Origin: Octopus sinensis | Lineage: Eukaryota | Reading direction: 5' to 3' | Assembly (NCBI RefSeq): GCF_006345805.1 | Contig: NW_021825904.1 | Span: 1 to 14,202 of the forward strand | Length of the DNA: 14,202 nt | Shown: in pieces, positions 1 to 9,172 of the stretch | Numbering within the stretch: position 1 is the stretch's first letter | How the letters are laid out: every line of letters begins with the position of its first letter | The notes under the pieces: generated by a model | The model's database searches: none | What the model saw: the letters and a program-made list of their open reading frames with translations, nothing else | Told to the model about the DNA's origin: nothing | Translations under genes and position numbers: made by a program

Positions 1-99
1 CCCCCGACACCACTTAACTGTTCTTACAGCATCTTTTCCACCCTTATCGATGAATTTATAAAACTTTCCTTTGGATATGTTGTTGCTTTTGTTATTGTT

Positions 100-175
100 G
101 ATGGTAGTGGTGGTGGTGGTGCTGGTGCTGGTGCTGGTGGTGCTGGTGCTGGTGCTGGTGCTGTTGCTGTTGCTA
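100..175. repeat. (GGT)n/(GCTGGT)n trinucleotide-type microsatellite at the 3' end of a minus-strand family A SINE
   Basis: Run of ggt/gct/gtt triplets directly adjoining the SINE 3' end. Confidence 0.9.
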
Positions 176-507
176 TTGAGCGGTCCGAAACGTGGTCCTT
201 TGCTATTTGTAAGACCCACAGAAGAGAAAGCAGGTCAACGCCCGACACCGAGAGCATCGACGGATTGATGAATGCGCGCATCAGCTCAGCGGTTGCGTAG
301 GAAGTCGGGGACAGAAACAGGAGAAAAGTGTGAGAGAAGTTGGAGCGAAAGAGTACAACAGGGGTCGCCACCACCCCCTGCTGGAGCCTCGTGGAGCTTT
401 AGGTGTTTTCACTCAATAAACACACACAACACCCGGTCCGGGAATCGAAACCGCGATCCTCCGACCGCGAGTCTGCTGCCCTAACCCCTGGGCCATTGCG
501 CCTCCAC
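176..507 (-). mobile_element. tRNA-derived SINE family A, tail variant 1 (possibly an octopus OR-type SINE)
   Basis: Minus strand starts GTGGAGGCGCAATGGCCCAGGGGTTAGG (A-box like) and has GGTTTCGATTCC (B-box like). The 5' ~195 nt align with 4528-4725, then a different 3' tail follows. The family name is from recall only. Confidence 0.85.
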
Positions 508-578
508 TGCTGCTGCTGCTGCTGCTTCAGCTGTTGGCGGAGGCAGCGCGGCAGTGGTGGTGGTGGTGGTGGTGGTGG
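508..578. repeat. (CTG)n and (GGT)n microsatellites
   Basis: Direct reading; these explain the polyQ/polyP/polyG ORFs in the track. Confidence 0.9.
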
Positions 579-924
579 GTTGATCTTCGACTCCAGGTAA
601 GCCCTCATCGAGAAGTTTCATGACCAGAGTCTTACCCGAGAGACAATCATCTCTTTTCCCTTTTCATTCTTTTCCTTCACCTTATACACAATCTAATCCC
701 AAAACTACATTACTATCCAGTAAGCCCTTCGTTTTTAATTATTAAAACAATAGAACGAGAATGAGCGAGATTTGGTTATTATATTTTACCAGATCCTGCG
801 ACTACGAAGTTTTCTCATTGATATTGTCATTGTTGGATTGTTGGATTGGAAAGGTTGTATGGGAAATTTAAAAGTTGGATTTACCCTTGCTACAGCACTG
901 TTTTTTTTGTTTTTGAATTTTTGT

Positions 925-1135
925 TTAGTTCACCTTTTACTTTTTACAGTTATTGGACTGCAGCCACGCTGGAGCACAACTTTGAATACCTTTAGTCAAG
1001 CAAATCGACAACTAGTACTTGATATACTTTATAAAGTTTGGTACTTATTTTAGCGGTCTGTTTTGCCAATGGAACGTAAACAAACCAGCGCCAGTTGTCA
1101 AGCGATGGAGGAGACAAACACAGATATAAACACAT
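925..1135 (-). mobile_element. Old diverged 3' half of SINE family B
   Basis: gctggagcac, tttagtcaagcaaatcgac and ccagttgtcaagcgatgg align with the family B 3' region at 3421-3620 and 13297-13500. Confidence 0.7.
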
Positions 1136-1182
1136 AATTTTCTAAGCTTAAAGCGATCACCGCGGATATAAGCCCCCGACAG

Positions 1183-1189
1183 AAAAAAA
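1183..1189 (-). terminator. Candidate Pol III terminator (T7) 11 nt downstream of the tRNA-like unit
   Basis: A7 on plus equals T7 on minus; position is typical for Pol III termination. Confidence 0.4.
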
Positions 1190-1200
1190 GTACGTTTCCC

Positions 1201-1273
1201 CGTACACGTGGGACTCGAACCCACACATCTCTGTTTACGTGACTGAGTGCGCTACCGGTTACACTAGCGAACC
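1201..1273 (-). pseudogene. Degenerate tRNA-like sequence (tRNA pseudogene or SINE head)
   Basis: Minus: GGTTCGC TA GTGT AACCGGTA GCGC A CTCAG TCACGTAAA CAGAG ATGT GTGGG TTCGAGT CCCAC GTGTACG. Perfect T arm and B box; D stem pairs with wobbles; acceptor stem 5/7; anticodon arm has a mismatch and a 9-nt loop. Confidence 0.7.
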
Positions 1274-1699
1274 TACATGCTTTTATTGTCAAATTTAAGA
1301 ACTATAATTAGTTCGTAGTTGTTTTTGTAAACAACCTATCATGTGCTTTTACTGCAAATGGTTTTGTTAAGCGGTGCCGATTTTTAAAATTCTGTAAATA
1401 ATAATAACAGTATTATTGCCATCAACTCGCCTGGTATTAAAATAGCTGGAAGTCATAGACAGGCGGGATAACTCGAATCTGGTCCCATCCAGAAACGAGA
1501 TACATTGATGTTTCGTCATTTTTTGTGACTTGTCAATGCCACGTACCTGAAACGAGGCCCGATGTAAGCTAAATCATTGTCTATGGCTGTATGCAAAATG
1601 GGGTGAGAACCACCTGCTGGTATGTGCCAATGTTTCATACCACGGAAAGACTTCAGATACGAATTAAAAGCAGCTCGAGACATATAAACAATATCGAAC

Positions 1700-1770
1700 C
1701 ACATACACACACGCGCACGCACGCATGCATATATATACACGACGGGATTCTTTCCGTTTCTGTTTACCAA
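1700..1770 (-). mobile_element. Internal fragment of SINE family B (microsatellite plus adjacent segment)
   Basis: atatatacacgacgggattctttccgtttctg matches family B at 3641-3670. Confidence 0.7.
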
Positions 1771-2029
1771 ATATATATATATTTGTCAAAAATTGTGAAG
1801 CATGACTGTCAACACTACTACATGAACCCGAAGATTGCAGAATTCAATGCATGAAAGTACTAGTTCAATCAGAATGAATATTTAACATTCTACTATTTCA
1901 TTTTATTTTATTCAATTATAATATATTATCTTATAATATATCATTATAAGATTGTAAATAAAACGTGAAAATCAGACAAGGTTGGAATTCTTTTTATTAA
2001 TATATTCTTCTATACACAATCACACACAC

Positions 2030-2036
2030 CCATATA

Positions 2037-2091
<55 letters not shown>

Positions 2092-2118
2092 CACACACAC
2101 ACACATATATATATATAA
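2030..2118. repeat. (TA)n/(CA)n microsatellite
   Basis: Direct reading. Confidence 0.95.
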
Positions 2119-2331
2119 AGTTAATCCAAACAAGAAAGCACAAAAAACAACAACGCGTGGACGTGAAACAAATATAGTATTATTGGACGTTCAGGAAAGA
2201 AGGGAAGAAGGAGGGTTTAACGTTTCGAGCGGAGCTCTTCGTCAGAAACATAGGAGAAGGAAAGATCCAGAGAAGGGAAGACAGAGGAAAAAAATCGCCA
2301 ACGGTACACACGCGGTCACATTTTGAAAGAC
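2118..2331 (-). mobile_element. Hammerhead-bearing non-coding element between (TA)n tracts; probable Penelope-like pLTR fragment
   Basis: Contains a minimal type I HHR motif; the 3' end on minus runs into (TA)n. Minimal HHRs are an established feature of Penelope-like pLTRs, but no RT is present here, so the class is inferred. Confidence 0.65.
2215..2249 (-). ncRNA. Minimal type I hammerhead ribozyme motif
   Basis: Minus: GUUU CUGACGA A GAGC UCC GCUC GAAA C GU U AAAC. Stem I GUUU/AAAC, stem II GAGC/GCUC, palindromic ACGU in place of stem III, one extra A after the CUGANGA box. Confidence 0.8.
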
Positions 2332-2450
2332 CATATATATATATACACGACGAGATTCTTTCCGTTTCTGTCTAACAAATCCACTAACAAGGCTTTGGTC
2401 AGCCCGAGGCTATAGTAACAGACACTTGCTCAAGGTGCCGTGCAGTGGAA
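2332..2450 (-). mobile_element. SINE family B fragment (CORE-like region to internal microsatellite)
   Basis: acaaggctttggtcagcccgaggctatagtaacagacacttgctcaaggtgcc aligns with 3685-3740. Confidence 0.8.
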
Positions 2451-2532
2451 CTATACATACATGCATGCATACATACATACACATACATACATACATACAT
2501 ACATACATACATACATACATACACACATACAC
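2451..2532. repeat. (CATA)n microsatellite
   Basis: Direct reading. Confidence 0.9.
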
Positions 2533-2639
2533 AACGACGTGTGACGACAAAAGAGCTAGTCTTCGGTATCGTTATCCATAGATAGCTCTGTGTGCGTGTG
2601 TTCATATGTAATCTGTGTCTGTGATTCAGAAAGACCAAG

Positions 2640-2732
2640 ATGCAAAGAGAGAGGGGAGGGGAGAAAGGCAGCAAGAGAAAAGGAAAGAGGAACAGAGAGG
2701 AGAAGAGAGAAAAGGGAGAGAAAAGGGAGCAG
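2640..2732. repeat. Purine-rich (GA) low-complexity tract
   Basis: Almost entirely A/G on plus. Confidence 0.8.
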
Positions 2733-2946
2733 TTGATGAAGAGAATCTCTTAAACGGTTGCTGAGAATGATTGGGGGACAATCGAGTCTGTAAGAATTAG
2801 TTGAAAGGATACAGCGAAATTGGCCTGACAGCGAATTGGCGTGCATAGGAAGGGAGGGCGGAGTTGGTGCATTATCAGCTCCGATTCTGCCAGAAGACAG
2901 ATGAAATATGGTGAGGGGGTTAAATGAATGAATAAATGAAAGGCCC

Positions 2947-2976
2947 AATAAATAAATAAATAAATAAATAAATAAA
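2947..2976. repeat. (AAAT)n microsatellite
   Basis: Direct reading. Confidence 0.9.
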
Positions 2977-3285
2977 ATGGATGACAATTGAATCGCGGTG
3001 GCACTTGAGTGACATTAATTGTTCTGCTTGTTATTTTAGTGTATAAATATACACGTGTGGGGTTTTTTTTGGGGGGGGGGTTATTTTTTGTTGTTTTGTC
3101 TCTGGTCAGCCTTGATCGAGAACATCTACGATCAAAGACATTCCACTCGTGACCATCCCGTGTTATTGTTAGCTGCAGTGCAACCCAGATCATTAAATAC
3201 ACTAAGGTGCTCTTGTGCTATTTTTCCTGTTTTGTTTTTTGTTTTTTTCTTTTTCTCGTGTACAGTCTCCATGAAATATAATTTG

Positions 3286-3342
3286 TTTTTATTTATTTAT
3301 TTATCTATTTAGTTATTTATTTATTCATTTATTTATTTATTT
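3286..3342. repeat. (TTTA)n microsatellite, imperfect
   Basis: Direct reading. Confidence 0.85.
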
Positions 3343-3420
3343 TTGCGGGACTGCTGACCTCAAATCTCCTTAGAATTTGTTCTTCACGTGCAGTTTTGAT
3401 TTTTTTTTTTTTTGCTTACT

Positions 3421-3809
3421 CTTTTACTCTTTTACATGTTTCAGTGCTAGAGCACCGCCTTTAGTCGTGCAAATCGACCCTAGGATTTATTCTTTGTAAG
3501 CCTAGTACTTATTCTATCGTTCTCTTTTGCCGAACCGCTAGTGTTACGGGGACGTAATCACACCACCATCGGTTGTCACGCAATGTTGGGGGGGGGGCGG
3601 ACAAACACAGACACACAAACGCACACACATATATATACATATATACGACGGGCTTCTTTCAGTTTCTGTCTACGAAATCCACTCACAAGGCTTTGATTGG
3701 CCCGAGTCTATAGTAGAAGACACTTGCCCAAGGTGCCACGCAGTATGATTGAACCCGGAACCATGTGGTTGGTAAGCAAGCTACTTACCACACAGCCACT
3801 CCTGCGCCT
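3421..3809 (-). mobile_element. Full-length tRNA-derived SINE family B (CORE-like domain, internal TA/TG microsatellite)
   Basis: Minus starts AGGCGCAGGAGTGGCTGTGTGG, has GGGTTCAATC (B-box like) and GCACCTTGGGCAAGTG (CORE-like), an internal microsatellite and a tail ending gaaacatgtaaaaga. Colinear with 5388-5872. Confidence 0.9.
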
Positions 3810-3819
3810 ATGCTTATTG

Positions 3820-3861
3820 CTATTTATTTATTTATTCATTTATTTATTTATTTATTTATTT
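3820..3861. repeat. (TTTA)n microsatellite
   Basis: Direct reading. Confidence 0.85.
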
Positions 3862-4527
3862 GGGAAACGGATTTTCAGATTTTAGCAATTTTGTGAGTGT
3901 ATATGAAATGTAGAATATGGTATACATAGTTTAGTAATTTAACTAATTTCAGGAAAAATCTAGCTCTGTTCGCATACACTTGCATATACGTAAACGTTTT
4001 CGTACACAAAAAGTCGTAACTTTCAGAGCTGGCTATAAATTCTATAGAACATCTCTGGAGATACACTTCAGAAATGAAGCCAACTTACTACTGACACAAA
4101 GTAGGGCACAGCATTGATTTATAAATCTTTAATATACTTGCTAGGATATTATAGTTGCAAAAGAAAATAAGGTGTCCCTATCAGCAATTTATATTTAGCT
4201 ATCATATTAGGCTTATATTCATTTCCCTCTGATCGCATTTAACAAACCTTAACCTCATGACAGTATTATCTTCTAATGGCTACAGCTTTAAAAGAATCCT
4301 TTTTTCTAAATCGATAAAAACTAAATATTGTTCCCGGAGTTACCTGGTAATTTTGATTTGGCCCAAAGGTAAACTATTCTGCCGAAGTGTTAAAAAGGTC
4401 TATATCGCGTATGGAACCTTTTAATTTGGATTGGGTGAAGAGTTTAGATACCCTTGTTTCAGCAGATTGCATATAAGTTTCATCCTTAATTCACCTTTCC
4501 TTTGTGCAACACTTAGGTTCCTCGATA

Positions 4528-4916
4528 GTGGAGGCGCAATGGCCCAGTGGTTAGGGCAGCGGACTCGCGGTCATAGGATCGCAGTTTCGATTCCCAGACC
4601 GGGCGTTGTGAGTGTTTATTGAGCGAAAACACCTAAAGCTCCACGAGGCTCCGGCAGGGGATGGTGGTGAACCCTGCTGTACTCTTTCACCACAACTTTC
4701 TCTCACTCTTACTTCCTGTTTCTGTTGTAACTGTATTTCAAAGGGTCGGCCTTTTCACGCTCTGTGTCACGCTGAATATCCCCGAGAACTACGTTAAGGG
4801 TACACGTGTCTGTGGAGTGCTCAGCCACTTACACGTTAATTTCACGAGCAGGCTGTTCCGTTGATTCGGATCAACCGGAACCCTCGTCGTCGTAACCGAC
4901 GGAGTGCTTCCACTCC
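4528..4916 (+). mobile_element. Full-length SINE family A, tail variant 2, with 13-bp target-site duplication
   Basis: Head GTGGAGGCGCAATGGCCCAGTGGTTAGG with B-box-like GTTTCGATTCC. Perfect direct repeat AGGTTCCTCGATA at 4515-4527 and 4917-4929. Confidence 0.95.
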
Positions 4917-5387
4917 AGGTTCCTCGATAACATCTGACTTATTAAATACAAGAGAAACAACTTCAGTACAATGAGAACCGGGTCATATGACGAAAAGCAG
5001 GCTAATTTATCTTCGATTAGATCTTGCGGTTATGTCCAGAAATCTCAACAATACAAAGGTGGCAATCATTTATATGCTTCATAGGTTCTATTCAAATTTT
5101 TGGTACAACAAAGTCATTTGTCATTAATCATTTCAGGTTATTGGCACAAATTTGGTAGACGCATTCCATGATTCGTCTTAATCATCCAATTTCACTCGAA
5201 AATGCGTGAAACATGCTCTTCTAAAAACGTGCAACAAGTGGCCATTACTTTACCGTTGCAAATAATGCAGAAAATATAACCTGATTCTTGGCCTGTGCCT
5301 GCACCTTCTACAGCCATCTGTAGAAGTCATATTAGGTTATAATACACAACATAAGAATAAGAATATAAACTTAGCCTTTGATAGATT

Positions 5388-5563
5388 AGGCGCAGGAGTG
5401 GGTGTGTGGTAAGCAACTTGCTTACCAACCAAATGGTTCCGAGTTCAGTCCCACTGCGCGGCACCTTGGGCAAGTGTCTTCTACTATAGCCTCGGGCCAA
5501 CCAATGCCTTGTGAGTGGGTTTGCTAGACGGAAACTGAAAGAAGCCCGTCGTGTATAGTAGTG

Positions 5564-5613
<50 letters not shown>

Positions 5614-5872
5614 GATATATATATATATATATATATATACACGACATATATATATATGTGATATGTATGTTATGTATATATTGTGTGTGTGTGTGTGTGT
5701 TTGTCCCCCAACATCGCTTGTGCTTGCGTCTCCGTAACTTAGCGGTTCGGCAAAAAAAGACCGATAGAATAAGTACTAGGTTTAAAAAGAATAAGTCATG
5801 GGGGTCGATTTGCTCGACTAAAGGCGGTGCTCCAGCATGACCGCAGTCAAATGACTGAAACAAGTAAAAGAG
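5388..5872 (+). mobile_element. Full-length SINE family B with expanded internal (TA)n/(TG)n
   Basis: Same head, CORE-like segment and tail (ccagcatgaccgcagtcaaatgactgaaacaagtaaaaga) as other copies. The internal microsatellite spans about 5565-5700 and explains the 202-aa ORF. Confidence 0.92.
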
Positions 5873-6072
5873 ATCTAAATGACGTATAATGCAACCGCGT
5901 AATGTTGAAGTAGGGAAGCAAATGCCTGCATCCATCTTGTATACAAACCATCCTTGGAAAACTATCCAAAAACAAACAAATTTCAGGCTGGTCTCTTGCT
6001 TCCATAACTTTCCAAAGTTTACAGATTATTCAGCATTGAAAGAATTTAACTATTTTAGAATTTCTCTCTGCT

Positions 6073-6232
6073 AATAATGGTTTCTAGATTTAGACATAAG
6101 GCCAGCAATTTTGAGGGGTCGGGCTTAGTCGATTCCACATGAAAGGCAAAGTTGATCCAGGTGGAAATTGAACTCAGAACGTATAAAAAGCCAGAAGAAA
6201 TCCCGACGCTCCAACGATTCTACCAGCTCGTC
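6073..6232 (-). mobile_element. Old, internally deleted SINE family C copy
   Basis: gaaaggcaaagttga, ttgaactcagaacgt, ccagctcg and the tail cataaggccagcaattttg match family C. Confidence 0.7.
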
Positions 6233-6242
6233 ATCTCTTCTT

Positions 6243-6358
6243 TGCGGTTTGGCCAAAGAGGCCGATAGAATTGTTTAGGGGTCGATTCATTCGACTAAAA
6301 CCATTCAAGGTGATGCTCCAGCATGGCCGCAATCAAATGACTGAAACAAGCAAAAGAA
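6243..6358 (+). mobile_element. 3' fragment of SINE family B
   Basis: ggggtcgattcattcgactaa and gctccagcatggccgcaatcaaatgactgaaacaag match the family B tail. Confidence 0.85.
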
Positions 6359-6970
6359 TTTTAAAAAATAATAATTGTTAGTTGGAACTTTATCTATTTT
6401 TAAGAACCTACACCAGATTCTTTTTTGTTTTAGAAAGTTAATCCAGAAAACGTTATCCTGTGCTATAATATATGTTTTGTGTTGATGTATCAGTTTTTCT
6501 TATTATTAGCCTTCTACCTTATAGACTTGTTCTCTGATTCTTGGACCTGCAATGTTGCAAGTAGACGGATGTGGCACATAAGTTTCGCAAAAAAATAAAA
6601 TCATTTGACTTTCACCTTAAAGATGTGTTGCGTAGATACCACTTCAAAGCTCATTATGAACTTCTCTGGTGATTTGTGCCTAACTTCACGATTAAGGATG
6701 CAACGATTTGCAGACATTTTCCTATACATCCTGACCCTTTAATTATATACTTTGCAGTAGATTCTACTCGCTCTACAACTCACTCTTGTTCTAAAAACAT
6801 CTGCTCCTTGTTAATAATTTTTGTTATCTGGGATCTACCAACTCAGCCACACCATTTTCTATGACTTCTTCAAAAACCCTACATTATTTGCCCGTGTCAC
6901 AATACCTTCCTGAACGCAGTGTAGACCATCAACTGGCAGAAAAACTAAAAAGTCTCAAATACGATAAGGC

Positions 6971-7769
6971 TGTAGCAATATTGATATCCTCGCTTTTGGA
7001 GAAAAACTTTAGGAATGATCTCGTTTGAGATTACAACCATTCATCGTCTTTCGGAAGAACAATCTATATCAAGAGAAACCTGCACAAGTGACTCAACTAG
7101 TCTCCGCTTCGAGACCTAAATCTTGTTATAGAACTTATTATCGTGTACCACATGAACTGGTAAACTAACTCTATCTTAACTCAATATGCTGAGACTTCTC
7201 TTATGCTCTGTATTTCTGTTGTATTCGCATGCACCTTTATCTGTACCTTCTGTCGCTGGTATACAACAGCGTCTTCATAGTATGGTTGGCTGGCTGTGGT
7301 CTGTCGTTCGAACAGGAACATGGCTGAGTAGCTCTGTGGTCAGTGACTATACCTTACAATATACGTTTTGTAAAGCCATGATCTGACTTTAAAACCACCT
7401 TAATTGTCCATATATCAATACGGAGAGAAAACAAAGCGACAAGATGAAACTAGTAAAAAATTACTGGATAATTCTAGATCCCGGATTTCTGACTTCGCAT
7501 TTAGGAATGCTTTGCCGAAAGACGATGAATAGTGAAAATACTAGCTTATTTAAGGAGTGAAGATGGCTCAATTGAAAGATCCTATCCGAAGGCCGTGATT
7601 GGTCAGTTTACACACTGGCGCGAAATAAGTAGAGAGACAGACCGCGCTAGATGCTAACCAATCAGATCAGTGGACACAACAGGATTAAACTAGCCAAAGA
7701 TGGTTGTAATCTCAAACGAGATCATTCCTAATGTTTTTCACCAACAGCGAGGATATCAATATTGCTACA
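6971..7769. repeat. Foldback element bounded by 70-bp inverted repeats (6971-7040 / 7700-7769), with an additional 16-bp inverted match (7039-7054 / 7515-7530)
   Basis: The 70-bp arms match at 67/70 positions by eye; attcatcgtctttcgg is the exact reverse complement of ccgaaagacgatgaat. Confidence 0.8.
7375..7516 (-). mobile_element. 142-bp fragment of the HHR element family at 10470-10942, truncated at the ribozyme core
   Basis: Near-identical to 10607-10748. Retains stem II, GAAA, stem III and the 3' strand of stem I but lacks CUGACGA. Confidence 0.85.
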
Positions 7770-7901
7770 AGGCCGTAGTTTGTTTTGTTTTGTTTTTTCA
7801 TACAGAAGATATAGCAAGAAACAAGAGTATACAGTATATAATGTTTAGCCTTATGCTTAGAGAAGAGACAGAAAGAGTGTAGTCGAGACAAGCAAAAGTG
7901 T

Positions 7902-7940
7902 AAAATTTCGGGCCTTGTGTCAAGAGTAGAAAAGAATATT
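7902..7940 (+). mobile_element. Solo 3' tail of SINE family C
   Basis: aaaatttcgggccttgtgtcaagagtagaaaagaatatt matches the tails at 8132-8169 and 9173-9203 (-). Confidence 0.75.
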
Positions 7941-7952
7941 TACAATGGCTAA

Positions 7953-8169
7953 GGCAGCGAGCTGACAGAAACGCTAGCACGCCGGGCGAAATGCTTAGCA
8001 GTATTTCGTCTGCCGCTAGGTTCTGAGTTCAAATTCCGCCGAGGTCGACATTGCCTGTCTCCCTCTCGAGGTCGATAAATTAAGTACCAGTAGCGTACTG
8101 GAGTGGATCTAATCGACTGGCACTCTACCCCAAAATTTCGGGCTTTGTGCCCAGAGTAGCAAACAATAT
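7953..8169 (+). mobile_element. SINE family C, single-unit full-length copy with canonical tail
   Basis: Head ggcagcgagctgacagaa, B-box-like GAGTTCAAATTCC, central gaggtcgataaattaagtaccag, tail aaaatttcgggctttgtgcccagagtagc. Confidence 0.9.
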
Positions 8170-8357
8170 GTCCGGCTCAGTAGAGCATCAGGTTTTATAT
8201 ACGATTTAGACTTTTCCCCAGACGAGTTCCTTTACAAAGACCAGACCAGGGGTTACTCATTCCCTGTGGACCTACTGCGCCCTCCGACACCAACCGAGTA
8301 TTTCTATGTCCCGGCGCATACCTGCTCACAATATGTGTTTATATGTGTGTGTGTATG

Positions 8358-8405
8358 TATTCTTTTACTTGTTTCAGTCTTTTGACTGAGGCCATGCTGG
8401 AACAC
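8358..8405 (-). mobile_element. Short 3' tail fragment of SINE family B
   Basis: ttcttttacttgtttcagtcttttgactgaggccatgctggaacac matches the family B tail. Confidence 0.75.
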
Positions 8406-8579
8406 ACACATTATTGGATGGCTGTTGACTCTCTTCATTCCTGTCACCCTTTGACGGGTTTTCGTTTCGTACCGCATGATATCCAATATATCACCCTCCT
8501 CACCAAACAAGCCTGCGACGGGTTGTACTGGGTTACATGTTACCAATAGTGCTCGAGGGCGACCTGACATAATATCCAT

Positions 8580-9040
8580 ATATACATACATATGTGTGTG
8601 TATGTGCGTATATATGTGTGTGCCTGTGTGTGCCTCTGTGTGCGTGTATGTTTGTGTATGTCTGTGTATGACTGTGTGTGTATTTGTGCGGGGGTGCCTC
8701 TGTTTGTGTACCTCTCTGTGTGTATGATTGTGTGTATGTATTTGTGTGGGTGTGTGTGCCCATATGTGTATCTGTATGTATAGGGGTGTGCCTCTGTGCG
8801 TGTGTGCTTCACAGTGTGTGTTTATCTGTATGTGCAAGTGCGTGTGTGTATTTGTGTGTTCCTATGTGTGTGTATGTGTGTGTGCCTCTGTGTGTATTTG
8901 TGTGTGGGGGTGTATGCCTCTGTTTATGTGTGAATTACTGTGTGTGTGCCTTTGTGTGTATTTATGTATGGGATCTTATGCCTCTGTCTCTGTGTGTATT
9001 ATTGTGTGTGTGTATATAATATGTGTGTGTGTGTGTGTGT

Positions 9041-9074
<34 letters not shown>

Positions 9075-9075
9075 G
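8580..9075. repeat. Degenerate (GT)n-derived cryptic minisatellite with recurring GTGCCTCTGT motif
   Basis: About 500 nt of TG-rich sequence with repeated gcctctgt units; it generates the C/V/H/T-rich ORFs in the track. Confidence 0.9.
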
Positions 9076-9172
9076 TATGGGACCAATCAGTCTTTTGTTA
9101 TTCTGAGTTTTACCTGTCAGTACACAGGATCTTCAAGCAAGTTATGATAACTCAACCAACATGAAATATATT

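Noticed and set aside
24-608. ORFs with polyP/Q/G/A tracts and a GTAAGA donor-like site at 27-22 (-)
   Set aside because: They lie in a SINE and trinucleotide repeats; there is no recognisable domain.
1459-1700. Possible small exons (donor-like GTAAGC at 1564 on plus, CAG/GTACGT on minus) and 84-87 aa ORFs
   Set aside because: No recognisable protein, no consistent exon chain, and the ORF starts lie in a SINE fragment or rely on non-ATG codons.
2556-3312. 143-, 150- and 85-aa ORFs
   Set aside because: They are largely built from (AAAT)n, GA-rich and T-rich tracts; I recognise no homology.
5327-5935. 202-aa ORF, the longest in the track
   Set aside because: It is the antisense reading of a family B SINE with an internal (TA)n.
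6600-6900. Weak resemblance of minus-strand translations (VFEEVIENGVAELVD; QITREVHNEL) to Bel/Pao pol
   Set aside because: Multiple stops, different frames and no catalytic motif; a translated HMM search would be needed.
8175-8580. GC-richer unique-looking segments with protein-like translations
   Set aside because: No motif recognised and they are interrupted by a SINE fragment.
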